DNA from: an uncultured Lentisphaeraceae bacterium
GTDB taxonomy: Bacteria; Verrucomicrobiota; Kiritimatiellia; RFP12; UBA1067
DNA: 64,000 nt
Assembly (NCBI GenBank): GCA_964386385.1
Contig: CAYLRN010000001.1
Span: 172,706 to 236,705, forward strand
Direction of reading: 5' to 3'
Every line of letters starts with the position of its first letter. The stretch's first letter is position 1. Below are positions 51,950-61,900 of this stretch, in pieces. The translations under genes and the position numbers were made by a program. The notes beneath the pieces are model-generated. The model saw nothing but the letters and a program-made list of their open reading frames with translations, had not been told where the DNA came from and made no database searches.

Positions 51950-53788
51950 TCACTCCTCGTGGCCGCGGCAATGCCCGCCGTGGACGGTGAAATGCCCGTG
52001 GCGGATCTCCTCGCGGGCGATCAGGTCTTCGGCGAAAGCGCCGACGGCGTCAAGGTCAGCCTCGTCCGCCGCCTCAAGGAGGTTCGAGAGCGCGCGCGGG
52101 ACATGGCGTTCGAACTGCGTCTGCCCGACGGAGGCGAGGCGGCCGAACGCGCCGAGCGCCTGGACGAGGCGCTGCACGGCGGCGAGATGAAGATGCTCGA
52201 CCGGCAGCAGGCGCGCCAGCGCCTTTCGCTCCTTCTCGCCGAGCGGGACGTACGGGTCGTAGAGAAGCGAGGCGAGGTCGTACGCGGCGGGCCCTAGCCT
52301 CATTCCCTGGAAGTCGATGAACGCCATCGTGCCGTCCGCGCGGAAGAGGACGTTGGAACTCTGGAAGTCGCGGTGGACGAGAACCGGGCGCGCGCGGGAA
52401 AGGGTTTCCGCAACCTGCTCCAGCTCGGCGCGGACGGCGTCCGGCATCGCGTCGTAGGCGAAGCGCTCCTTCACGCAGTGCGCCTCGAAGAGGTCGCGCT
52501 CCCACTTGTACAAGTCCGGCCCGAACGGCGGCTCAAGCGCGGCCTCCGCCGCAAGCACGGCCTCCGTGCCGCGCTCCTGCATTGCAGCAAGAGCCTTCAC
52601 GACGGGGCGGTAGAGCTCCACAAGCTTCGCTCCCTTCTTCGTGGCGCGCTCCTCAAGCGACCCGCCGGAGACGTCCTCAAGCGCAAGCGCCTTCGCGTCC
52701 GGCAGGTCGGCCAGCACGTTCGGCACGGGGACGCCGGCGGACGCCAGAAGCCGCGCGTGCGAGGCGTAGCGCGCGTTCTCCTGACGCTTCGCGTCGTCGT
52801 ACTCGACGGCGACCGCGCGCTCGTCGCCGTGGACGAACCGCCAGAACGTCCGGTCGCTGCCGCGCTCGCCGATGAACTCCGCGGCGACGTCCCCCGGCTT
52901 CCATCCAAGCGCCTGCGCCAGGGCGGACAGCCTGGAGTCCCCCGTCTGGTCCACGCCGACAAGCGCGGCGCGCTCGAACGCGCCGCCTATCATCCCGCCA
53001 GTGACGACGCATCCGGCGAGGTCGGCGGAATCAAGCAGCTTGACGCCGTCGAAAAGCACGTTGGGATTCTCCTCGAACCTGTCGGGGTCGAACGCGGCGT
53101 GGATTTCAAGGTAGCGCTCAAGCGTGCCGGCGTCGCCCCAGTACGAATCGTCCTGAACGCTTCCGACGACGAAGCGTCCCTTCATCGCGGCCTTCTCGTA
53201 GGCGGAGACGATCGTCGAAAAGCCGCTCGGCGGAAGCTCGTCCATCACCGACGGCGAGAGAAGCGCACAGCCGCAGTACGTGTACGTGCCGTGGTCGCCG
53301 GGGACGTCGCTCCTCCAGTTGCAGACACGCCCTTCCGGGTCGGCCTCGACCGTGCGCGGGCCCAGGACGTCTGAAAGCCAGCAGCCGGCGAAGCGTCCGC
53401 TGCGCTCGAAAGCGTCCGCAATCGGCTGGGGATCAAGCCCGTGCGCCACTATGTCGCCGTTCACGAGCCAGAAGTCGTCGCCGCCGATCCATTCGCGGAG
53501 CGGGTTCAGGACGCCGCCAGTCCCGAGGATCTCCTCTTCGGACGACACGCGGACCTTCGCCGCGCCCTTGCGGCTTCCGGCGAACTCGCGTATCTTCTCC
53601 GCCTGCCAGTGCGCGTTGACGGCGACCTCCTCCACGCCCCACGATTCGAGCATCGCGATGATGCGCTCGAGCATCGGAACGCCCCAGACCGGCAGGAGCG
53701 GCTTCGGGGCGACGAGCGTGAGCGGACGCAGGCGCGTCCCCAGTCCCGCCGCCAGGACGACGGCCTTTTTCACTTCGGACGCCTTCAT
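51950..53788 (-). CDS. Fusion of a MurU-like sugar-1-phosphate nucleotidyltransferase (N-terminal) and an AmgK-like anomeric sugar kinase (C-terminal)
   Basis: Start at ATG 53788, overlapping the folB stop (ATGA). N-terminal half: KKAVVLAAGLGTRLRPLTLVAPKPLLPV...LVNGDIV...WGDAGTLERY. C-terminal half: SDRTFWRF..., KRQENARYASHARLLASAGVPVPNV, VLVHRDFQSSNVLF...FIDFQGMRLGPAAYDLASLLYDPY. The C-terminal half is collinear by eye with Pseudomonas AmgK. Confidence 0.7.
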   Translation of the reverse strand: MKASEVKKAVVLAAGLGTRLRPLTLVAPKPLLPVWGVPMLERIIAMLESWGVEEVAVNAHWQAEKIREFAGSRKGAAKVRVSSEEEILGTGGVLNPLREWIGGDDFWLVNGDIVAHGLDPQPIADAFERSGRFAGCWLSDVLGPRTVEADPEGRVCNWRSDVPGDHGTYTYCGCALLSPSVMDELPPSGFSTIVSAYEKAAMKGRFVVGSVQDDSYWGDAGTLERYLEIHAAFDPDRFEENPNVLFDGVKLLDSADLAGCVVTGGMIGGAFERAALVGVDQTGDSRLSALAQALGWKPGDVAAEFIGERGSDRTFWRFVHGDERAVAVEYDDAKRQENARYASHARLLASAGVPVPNVLADLPDAKALALEDVSGGSLEERATKKGAKLVELYRPVVKALAAMQERGTEAVLAAEAALEPPFGPDLYKWERDLFEAHCVKERFAYDAMPDAVRAELEQVAETLSRARPVLVHRDFQSSNVLFRADGTMAFIDFQGMRLGPAAYDLASLLYDPYVPLGEKERKALARLLPVEHLHLAAVQRLVQALGAFGRLASVGQTQFERHVPRALSNLLEAADEADLDAVGAFAEDLIAREEIRHGHFTVHGGHCRGHEE

Positions 53789-54135
53789 GCGGTCCTCGCA
53801 ATCCTGACTTCGGCGCTCTGGACGCCGGGGACTCCGCCGAACTTCTTCACGGAGACGGTGACGCCCTCCACGCGCGGATAGGCCAGGCACATGTCCGCCA
53901 CGACGTCCGCCGCGCGCTCCAGAAGCCTGCACTTCGCGCGCTCCAGGGCCTCGCGGATGTCGTTGGACAGCGCCGCGTAGTCGACGGTGTCCTCAAGCGA
54001 ATCGGACATCGCCGCGTCGCTGAGGTCCGCCGAGAGCGCGACGTCCACCAGCACGCGCTGCGGACGGACCCGCTCGTCCGAACGCTCGCCCAGGATGCAG
54101 ACCACTTCGATTCCGTTGATGCGTATCGCGTCCAT
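53785..54135 (-). CDS. folB: Dihydroneopterin aldolase
   Basis: Start at ATG 54135 gives MDAIRINGIEVVCILGERSDERVRPQRVLVDVALSADL...SDSLEDTVDYAAL, a typical FolB. Confidence 0.8.
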   Translation of the reverse strand: MDAIRINGIEVVCILGERSDERVRPQRVLVDVALSADLSDAAMSDSLEDTVDYAALSNDIREALERAKCRLLERAADVVADMCLAYPRVEGVTVSVKKFGGVPGVQSAEVRIARTA

Positions 54136-54143
54136 GCGCCGCC

Positions 54144-54953
54144 TCACTTCCACTGCATCCGCTGGCGCGGCATGTGCCGCTTCGGCTCCTCCAGCTGGAG
54201 CGCGTACCACTGCTCGCCGATTCCGGAGTTGTTGAAATGCGCCACGCGGTTGTTCGCAAGCACGTCGCGGTTCGCCTTGAGATACTGGTTGTCGCTCTTC
54301 TCAAGCGCGCGGACGAGCGCCCGGTGCGCCTCGTCTATCTCGTTGCGCTTGACGAGGACCCACGAATACGCCGCGGCGAGAAGGACGTTCTGGTTGTAGC
54401 GGAGACGCGCCGCCGCCCTGTCATAGACCTTCTTTATCGCGGCTGACGGCTCGTTGCGCATATACATCCGCGCGATCTTCATCGCCGCCATCGTCGGATC
54501 CATGAAAATCGCCTTTGGCATGAGTTCGTCGACCTTCTCGAAGTCCGGGATCATCCAGTAGAGCTGGAACTGCATCGTGGCGATCTGCCGGCCCATCATC
54601 GGAATCCAGCGGCGGAATGGATCGAGGGCCGCGGTCTTCTCAAGCGCGGCCTTCACCGCCGCCTTGCGGTCGCGCGCAAGCTCGGCCTCGGCTGTCTGGA
54701 CAGAACTCGGCGGACGTATCCGCCACATGGCGAGCTTCGCCTGCATCTGCTTCTGCCCCTCCGCCATCGCGTTCTGCACGTCCGCCATCACGGCGCCCAT
54801 GCGCTTCTTCATCCTGAGACCAATCGCGACGTTCACCGCGATGAACGCGAGAACTCCGAAGAAGACGCTCCATCCCGGCCCGAAGACGCCTGGAAGACCC
54901 AGCCCAAGACCGACGACAAGACCGGCAAAGACGGCAATGAAAACAGAGTACAT
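54144..54953 (-). CDS. Membrane-anchored hypothetical protein (two N-terminal TM helices plus a helical repeat region)
   Basis: Start at ATG 54953 with the RBS AGGAAAAGGAAAAT. The sequence is MYSVFIAVFAGLVVGLGLGLPGVFGPGWSVFFGVLAFIAVNVAIGL... I reject the upstream 153 Arg-rich codons of the track ORF. Confidence 0.6.
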   Translation of the reverse strand: MYSVFIAVFAGLVVGLGLGLPGVFGPGWSVFFGVLAFIAVNVAIGLRMKKRMGAVMADVQNAMAEGQKQMQAKLAMWRIRPPSSVQTAEAELARDRKAAVKAALEKTAALDPFRRWIPMMGRQIATMQFQLYWMIPDFEKVDELMPKAIFMDPTMAAMKIARMYMRNEPSAAIKKVYDRAAARLRYNQNVLLAAAYSWVLVKRNEIDEAHRALVRALEKSDNQYLKANRDVLANNRVAHFNNSGIGEQWYALQLEEPKRHMPRQRMQWK

Positions 54954-55012
54954 ATTTTCCTTTTCCTGATTGAAATCCCTGAATGAAAACACGGCGCGGG
55001 ACGAGACGGCGG

Positions 55013-55696
55013 CTAGCCCCTGCCGCCGAACGAGGCGGGCCCGGCGGCCATTGCGGCCGGGTCGAGCTCCGACAGACTGGAGACGACCATCTCGCATCCG
55101 GCGAAGTCCGTCTCCACAAGATCGTTGCCGCGGACGCCCACGACGCGCATCCCGGCGGCGACGCCCGCCTTCACGCCGTCCGTGGAGTCCTCCACGACGA
55201 CGCACTCCCCCGGCGCGACGCCAAGGCGTGAGGCGGCCAGCAGATAGCCCTCCGGATCGGGCTTGCCGCGCGAACAGTCCTCGCATCCGACGACGAAGCG
55301 AACGTCGCCCGCCCCGCCGCATATGCGCACCATCTTCTCGATCTCGGATACGGGCGAACCCGACACGATGGCGCATGGGGCGATGCCGGCGGCCGCGTGG
55401 AGGAACTTCCAAGCGGCCGGGATGGCCATCGCCGACGGGTCGGGGACAAGCCGCGCGAAATGGCGGCGCACGGCCGCGACGTCCTCTTCCAGCGTGGTGG
55501 GCGGCAGTGACGGGAACGCATTGCGCAGCGAGACGCGAATGTCGAGCCAGCTGTGGCCGGAGACGATCGGGGCCAGGAACTCGAACGACGTCTTCTGCCC
55601 GCGGTCCGCCAGCCAGTCCACCATCGCCAACGCCCAGAAGCGCTCCGAATCGATCAGAGTGCCGTCAAGGTCGAAGAGGAATGCCGCCGGCCTCAT
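55013..55696 (-). CDS. HAD-superfamily hydrolase (beta-phosphoglucomutase-like subfamily IA)
   Basis: Start at ATG 55696 gives [18 protein letters not shown] (DxDGT). Also VSGS, RGKPDPEGY and VVEDSTDGVKAGVAAGM. Confidence 0.8.
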   Translation of the reverse strand: MRPAAFLFDLDGTLIDSERFWALAMVDWLADRGQKTSFEFLAPIVSGHSWLDIRVSLRNAFPSLPPTTLEEDVAAVRRHFARLVPDPSAMAIPAAWKFLHAAAGIAPCAIVSGSPVSEIEKMVRICGGAGDVRFVVGCEDCSRGKPDPEGYLLAASRLGVAPGECVVVEDSTDGVKAGVAAGMRVVGVRGNDLVETDFAGCEMVVSSLSELDPAAMAAGPASFGGRG

Positions 55697-56232
55697 CACT
55701 TCTTTCCGTGGTACTTGGCGCAGTCGCACTTCTTGAACTTCCTGCCGCTTCCGCACGGGCAGGGGTCGTTGCGGCCGATCTTCGGCTCCTCGCGGCGGAC
55801 GGACGCGACGGGGGCCGGTTGCTCGATCTCGCCGTCGATGAAACGCCATTCGCCGTCGATTTTCTTGAAGACGGCCGTCTCGTGATGGTCGCACGCCTTG
55901 CCGTTCGTGGTGTAGTGGGCGACGAACTCCACGACGCCTTCCGCGTCGGCGGCGCCGCCCTTCTCCGTGCGGACGACGTCGATGCCGCCCCACTCCGCCT
56001 GCCGCGACCACTCGCGCGCGCTGTTCGCGTCGAACTCGGCGCGAACCTCCGGGCCGGAGGACTTGTAGAGATACTGCACGTCGCCAACCGCATACGCGGT
56101 ATAGCGCGCCCGCATCAGTTCCTCGGCCGTGGCGGCCTGACGCCCTCCGGAGAGGACGACGCCGCAGCATTCACCGTAAATCTTGCCCGACCTGCAGGGG
56201 CAAAGGTCTCCATTGTTTTTCATGGGCTGCAT
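55696..56232 (-). CDS. ychJ: YchJ-family protein with two SEC-C zinc motifs (UPF0225)
   Basis: N-terminal [14 protein letters not shown] and C-terminal [14 protein letters not shown] flank an NTF2-like core ([20 protein letters not shown]). The start is at 56232 or 56223. Confidence 0.8.
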   Translation of the reverse strand: MQPMKNNGDLCPCRSGKIYGECCGVVLSGGRQAATAEELMRARYTAYAVGDVQYLYKSSGPEVRAEFDANSAREWSRQAEWGGIDVVRTEKGGAADAEGVVEFVAHYTTNGKACDHHETAVFKKIDGEWRFIDGEIEQPAPVASVRREEPKIGRNDPCPCGSGRKFKKCDCAKYHGKK

Positions 56233-56276
56233 TCTACCAAAAAGAGGGCGAGTAGTGAACTGGTGAATTGCCGGCC

Positions 56277-57074
56277 TCAGCGGCCGGACAGGGCGGACGA
56301 CGCGGGCAGAATCCGCGTCGTGTAGCGCGTCTTTTCCCAAGGCGTCCCCTTAGGCGTGATACATTTGATGGCGGCCTTCCACATGCGGCCGTCAAGCTGG
56401 AGGACGCCGACGGCGGTGTCCTCCTTCACGTTCTCGACGGACGACAGGTCGGCGGGAGCGACGAGCGTGAGCGACGGCACGGACTTCCCGTTCGTGGAGT
56501 TCCTGCCGGCGTAGCAGCCGAAGTAGAAGCGCCCGTTCGCGTAGTCCGCGGTCTGAATCCCCAGATTCGTCCAGCCGCTGCGCAGCACGTGGCGGTCGAC
56601 GAAGCGGAAATCGGGCGTGTACTCGTAGACGTAGTTCACGTCGTGCGTAGGCGGAAGGCCGCCGACCACGAAGAAATGCCCGTCCTTGTACGTCATGCCG
56701 CCCGCGCCGTGGCGCAGTTCCGGGACCTTCCAGCGCCTGACGAAGGAGAGGTCGTCCGCATTGTAGGCGTAGACCCAGCTGTCCGCCTTGTCCTCCGTGT
56801 TGAACTGCCCATGGTTGACGGCGACGTACACCTTGCCGTCGACGACGCAGAGGTCGCCGTGGTGGGTCTTGAGCCCTTTGGCGACGGCGAGCAGCTTTCC
56901 GTTCAGGTCGGTCCGCGCAAGTTCGACCGTATGCGACCACCAGACGTTCGTGCCGTCGGTGCAGACGCCCTGGAGATGGGGCGGCCATTCGCCTTCGCTC
57001 AGGATTTCGTTCTGCGGCGCCGCGCCGAACGCCAGTCCGCGGATGAGGGCGATTGCCAGCAGCGATTTCTTCAT
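56277..57074 (-). CDS. Secreted hypothetical protein, beta-propeller-like
   Basis: Signal peptide [20 protein letters not shown]. It has repeated strand-rich segments and I recognise no family. Confidence 0.6.
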   Translation of the reverse strand: MKKSLLAIALIRGLAFGAAPQNEILSEGEWPPHLQGVCTDGTNVWWSHTVELARTDLNGKLLAVAKGLKTHHGDLCVVDGKVYVAVNHGQFNTEDKADSWVYAYNADDLSFVRRWKVPELRHGAGGMTYKDGHFFVVGGLPPTHDVNYVYEYTPDFRFVDRHVLRSGWTNLGIQTADYANGRFYFGCYAGRNSTNGKSVPSLTLVAPADLSSVENVKEDTAVGVLQLDGRMWKAAIKCITPKGTPWEKTRYTTRILPASSALSGR

Positions 57075-57167
57075 GTCGGTCCTTTCATGTGCGATGTCGA
57101 TTCATATGCGATGCAGATGTGCCGCACATTCTACCACGTTTCGGCGCGGCATAGAATCCGCCGAATG

Positions 57168-57176
57168 TGCTATAAT
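57168..57176 (+). promoter_or_regulatory. Extended -10 element TGcTATAAT placed 6 nt before ATG 57183 (leaderless transcript predicted)
   Basis: tgTGcTATAATggcgccATG. A second TAGAAT box lies at 57152-57157. The -35 element is weak. Confidence 0.5.
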
Positions 57177-57182
57177 GGCGCC

Positions 57183-58943
57183 ATGAGACAGGAGCAGATA
57201 CCATACGGCGTCAAGGACTTCAGGCGGATTCGCATGGAGGGTCGCTACTACGTGGACAAGACTGCGTACATTCGGGAACTGGAGAGGCGCGCGGACTTCC
57301 TCTTCTTCGTACGCCCGCGCCGCTTCGGCAAATCCCTCCTCTGCGAGACGCTGCGCTGCTACTACGACGTCGCGGAGAAGGAGAATTTCGAAAGGCTCTT
57401 CGGCGGACTGGACATAGGCCGGAATCCGACCGACCAGCGGAATCGCTACTTCGTCCTGTCGCTCGACTTCTCCCGCGTCAACGCCTGCATAGGCGCGACG
57501 TGGGCGGACAAGTTCGAGTCGTACATGGACACGGCGGTCTGGAACGCCATAGAAAACCACAGGTCGCAGCTCTCCGCCATCACCGACGTCGACGGACTCC
57601 TGCGGACGCCGGGAGCGGAGACGAAGTACAGCCGCCTCGTGGAATTCGTCCATCGCCTCGGCCTCGGCGTCTACGTGATTGTGGACGAGTACGACAACTT
57701 CACGAACGAGATCGTCTCCACCGTGGGGAAGGACCCCTACAAGGAGATGACGCACGGGTCCGGTTTCTACCGCGGGTGGTTCAAGCAGTTCAAGGCGACG
57801 TGCGACCGCATCTTCATGACCGGCGTCTCGCCCGTGACGATGGACGACCTCACGAGCGGGTTCAACATCGCGACGAACATCTCGCAGGAGCCCGAGTTCA
57901 ACGCGATGGTCGGGTTCACGGCGGACGAGACGCGCCGCCTCTTCGAGGACTTCCAGGGGACGAGACTTTTCACCGACGCGGCGGGGACGCACCTCGCGAC
58001 GGTCAAGGCCTGGTACGACAGCTACTGCTTCTCGAAGCCACTGGCGGGACGCGAGACGCTGTACAACTGCGACATGGCGCTCTACTACCTGTCCAAGCTC
58101 GTCGCCACCGGCGCCGCGCCGGAGAACCTCGTCGACGCGAACATCCGGAGCGACTGGAAGAAGCTCTCGGCGATCCTCGCCGCGCAGCGCCACGCGGAGA
58201 CGTTCGACGGCGTCCTGCCGCTCACGGAGGAGCTGGCCGACAGGGGCGAGGTCTCCTTCGCGCTCGTGGACAGCTTCCCGATAGAGGGGATTCTCAAGGA
58301 GGAGAACTTCAAGTCGCTCTACTACTACTACGGAATCGTCACCATGTCGCGCTTCGTGCGCGGCGACCTCCAGTTCCGCGTCCCGAACGAGTGCGTCCGG
58401 CGGCAGATCTTCGACTACATGCGCGACGAGTACGCGAAGCGCCCCAACGCCGTCGACACATCCGAGTTCACGGAGCGCTTCGACGCCTTCGCGTGGGACG
58501 GCAAATGGCGGGAGTTCCTGACGTACCTCGCGGAGAAGTACCGCGACAACGGCTCGCCCCGCGACGGCATATGCGGCGAGGCGCGGATCAACGGCTACCT
58601 CCGCGCGTACCTCACGATGAAGAGCGTCTACGTGGTGAAGCCCGAGCTGTCGCATCCGTGCGGCTACTCCGACTACGCGCTCTTTCCTAACAGGTCGCTG
58701 CCGGATGGAAGCGTTCCGGAGCAGAGCTACCTCATCGAGATGAAGCACTCGAAGGCGGACGCACCCGACTCGGAGATTGCGACGAAGCACGAGGAGGCAC
58801 TGGCGCAGCTGCGCGCGTATGCGGCAGACCCGGCGGTGGCCGCCCTCGCCGGCGGCACCCCCGTCCACTTCATCTGCTACGAGTTCCGCGGACGCGAGCT
58901 TGTGCGCCTCGAGGAAATCCCCGTCTCCGAACTGATGGCGTAG
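57183..58943 (+). CDS. AAA-ATPase-like / PD-(D/E)XK nuclease family protein (PDDEXK_9), paralog 2
   Basis: MRQEQIPYGVKDFRRIRMEGRYYVDKTAYIRELERRADFLFFVRPRRFGKSLLCETL...VIVDEYDNF...IFMTGVSPVTMDDLTSGFNIA...YSDYALFPNR...SYLIEMKHSK. It is collinear with 40056..42080. The 305-codon upstream extension in the track is rejected because it is antisense to a real gene. Confidence 0.8.
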   Translation: MRQEQIPYGVKDFRRIRMEGRYYVDKTAYIRELERRADFLFFVRPRRFGKSLLCETLRCYYDVAEKENFERLFGGLDIGRNPTDQRNRYFVLSLDFSRVNACIGATWADKFESYMDTAVWNAIENHRSQLSAITDVDGLLRTPGAETKYSRLVEFVHRLGLGVYVIVDEYDNFTNEIVSTVGKDPYKEMTHGSGFYRGWFKQFKATCDRIFMTGVSPVTMDDLTSGFNIATNISQEPEFNAMVGFTADETRRLFEDFQGTRLFTDAAGTHLATVKAWYDSYCFSKPLAGRETLYNCDMALYYLSKLVATGAAPENLVDANIRSDWKKLSAILAAQRHAETFDGVLPLTEELADRGEVSFALVDSFPIEGILKEENFKSLYYYYGIVTMSRFVRGDLQFRVPNECVRRQIFDYMRDEYAKRPNAVDTSEFTERFDAFAWDGKWREFLTYLAEKYRDNGSPRDGICGEARINGYLRAYLTMKSVYVVKPELSHPCGYSDYALFPNRSLPDGSVPEQSYLIEMKHSKADAPDSEIATKHEEALAQLRAYAADPAVAALAGGTPVHFICYEFRGRELVRLEEIPVSELMA

Positions 58944-58958
58944 CCGCGCGGGAAAACG

Positions 58959-61900
58959 TCAGGAGCGCGTCGTCGTCTTGACGATCCTGTCCGCGCAGCC
59001 GACTTCCTTCATGACGGACTTGAATAGTTCGCTGTCGTCATGGCTTCTGGAGGACGGCATCTGCGGAACGTGCCGCGCGAACGCAAGCCGGAGAAGTTCC
59101 TCAAGCCTGCGGCGGGCGTCGTCCGCCTCCAGCGGCAGATACAGCTGCAGCGGAGACTTCTTGCCGCACATCATCACGGAGACAAAGCGCTTTCCTGATG
59201 CGTGGCCGACGACATGGCGGACCCATGTCTCCATTTTCACGCTGTCGTATATCTCGTCGCCCGGCGAAAAGGCGAATGCGTAGGAACGCATGCCGTTCCT
59301 GGTCTCCGCATCGACGAAACGCATCCTGCCGTCGATTCTGACGGCGTGTCCGTCGAGCGGAATTTCCACGACCACGCCCTCGTCCGGCGCCGCCTCGCAC
59401 TGCGCACAAAGCGAGAGCACGGTATCGCCGGGAACGCCGTATTCGTCCTGGAGCGACTGCTCTTTCTTTGGGAAGGCGATTTTCAGACTGCGGTATTTCT
59501 CGGCGTCCACGTCCGACGCGCATTCGAGAATCGCGTTTGCGACTTCGCCGGCGTTCGGGCCGCGCCCCTTTTCCACGATGCGCATCGACATTTCACCGAG
59601 TTCGACGGACGACGGTTCGCCCGCGAACAGAAGCCGCCTCTTTTCCGCGTTGGAGATCTTCACGTTGAAAGGCTCGTCGTCTTCAAGAACGTCGTACGCC
59701 GGATTGTCCATGCGCGCATGAAGGCGTCTTGTCCAGAGAAAGTATGACGGATTGGCGAAAAAGGCCGCCAGGTCGTCAAGCCCGACCGCCGTCGGCGCGG
59801 ATTCGGCGCATTCAAACGCCGCGACGCCGTCTTTCGCCTCGCCGTTCTCTCCGCCGGCGAACAGCGCCGCCGCAATCTCGTAGTCGGCGGGAGAATACGA
59901 CGGCGGCAGCGCGGCGGCCTTGCCATCGTCCGCCGTGAAACGGCAAATGCTGTACGACTGGAGAGGATGCACGAACTCGACCATGCCGCCCTTCCCGCAT
60001 TCACGCCGCTCGTATGCAAACCAGTCCCGCAAATCCGAAAACGGGACGGCCGGCGGAATCTCGGCATTGGAGCGGACGTCGCGTCCGACGTAGCTGAACG
60101 CCAGACGCCCCCTTGCGCCGAGCGCGGCCTTCAGAAGCGCAAAGGCGTCGCGCTCGCGCGGCGACACGTCGAAAAGCGTGGGGCGGCGACCGATGACGTC
60201 GAATGACGGACGATACTCCTTCCGCGGGAACGAGCCGTCGTTCAGCCCGCAGATCCAGACGAAGCGGGCCGGAACGGCGGAGGCGTTCTTGAGCGGCGCG
60301 AACTTGACGGAATCGCAGCGCGTCCAGCCGCGCCTCTGCGGCACGACGATGGCGTCGAGGACGGCCTTGCAGACCACGTCGCCCGGCAGCCTCCACTTGC
60401 CGCCCTCTCCGCATATCGCCTCCGCGCGTTCCGCAGACGACAGTGAGGAATCTATCGCCTTGCGCAGCGCGGCCGTTTCGCGCATCGTCTCCTCGCCGTC
60501 GGCGTAGATTTCGTCGACGACGCGAAGCAGGCGTTCGCGCCACTCGGAAATGGAACGCCCTTCGCGCAGAAGACGGCGAACGCCCTTCAGCGTCCGGATG
60601 AAACGCCAAAGGCGGTACGCAAGCGCGGCGCGGTCGTCCTCGACGTGTCCGCAGGGAAGCAGCCTTCCGATTCCCGGCACTGAGACCGTCGCGTCCTCGT
60701 CCTCGCGCGGGCCGATAAGCGCGTCCAGCGCAAGCCTGTCCAGACCGCGCCGCCACGTGAAAGGCAGCGCCTCGACGGACTTCTCGCCGCCGATTGCGTC
60801 ATGCACGTCATCGTCGTCAAGCCCCCAGTGCACGTTGGCGCGGGCGGCCATGTCGCGCAGGACGTCCACCCCTTCCGCGTCGACGTCGAACCTGGCCCTG
60901 ACGGACGGGACGCCGAGGAGGGAGAAGACGGCGTTGACGGTCAGGCGCCCGTCCCGCAGCGCAAGCAGTTCGGAAAAGGAATGGACGATCGGGGAATCGG
61001 ATTCAAGCCCGCCGTCGAGGGAGACCGGAATCGCGGAATCGCCGCCCTCGCCGAAAACCGATTCGACGAGAGGAGCATACGAATTCCAGTCGGCGCAGAG
61101 GATCCGGACGTCATGCGGGCGCGCATCGGGGTTCTCGCGCATGAACCGGTGAATGCCGTCGCGAATCGCCTCCAGTTCCCGCCTTGGAGAATGGCAGACG
61201 TGCGTTTCGGCGGGAGCGGAGAGTTCGCGAAGCGCGGAAAAGTCCGCCTCCGGCCCGCCATCGTCGCCGATCCATTCGGGCTCGTTTATCGGAAAGTCCA
61301 GCTCTGCCGAAAGAACGCCGCGCGCCCCGGTGGCGAGCGCGCCGAGCAGCCGGTCGTCCGCCGTGTCGAACATCGCATCGGGAGAGGAGTCCGGCAGCTC
61401 TGCGCCGCTAGCGAGACAGGACTTCATCCTTTGCGCCAGTTCCCTGACGGCAGTGCGTTTAGTGTGATTGTCAAGCCAGTATTCACGCGACGGATTGAAC
61501 GACCAGAACCTGACGGGGACGACGCGCGAAATCTGCACGAGCATCTGGAGATACGGCAGCGGGGCCGCCGCAATGTCGAACACGTGCACGGACTCGTACC
61601 TGCGGAATCCGTTTTCGAACGCCAGTGAAAGGTCTGCATCGTCCGACAGCGCGTCCGCGTAGTCGGCCGCATACGTGTCGCCCGACTGCTCCACGAGCAT
61701 CCGATAGAGAAGAGACTGCCAGCCCGGCGCCTCGTTCCCGCAAATGCCGCGCTCCCATCTGCAGAGCATCTGATGGCGGCTTGCGAGATAGTCGTCGAAG
61801 AGCGCGGCAATGCGGCAGGAGAGGGCGAAGCGACGGCGGGCGACGCCTCCCCTGTCGGCCTCGACGTACGACGTCAGTTCGGAGAACGCCGGATCGCCGG

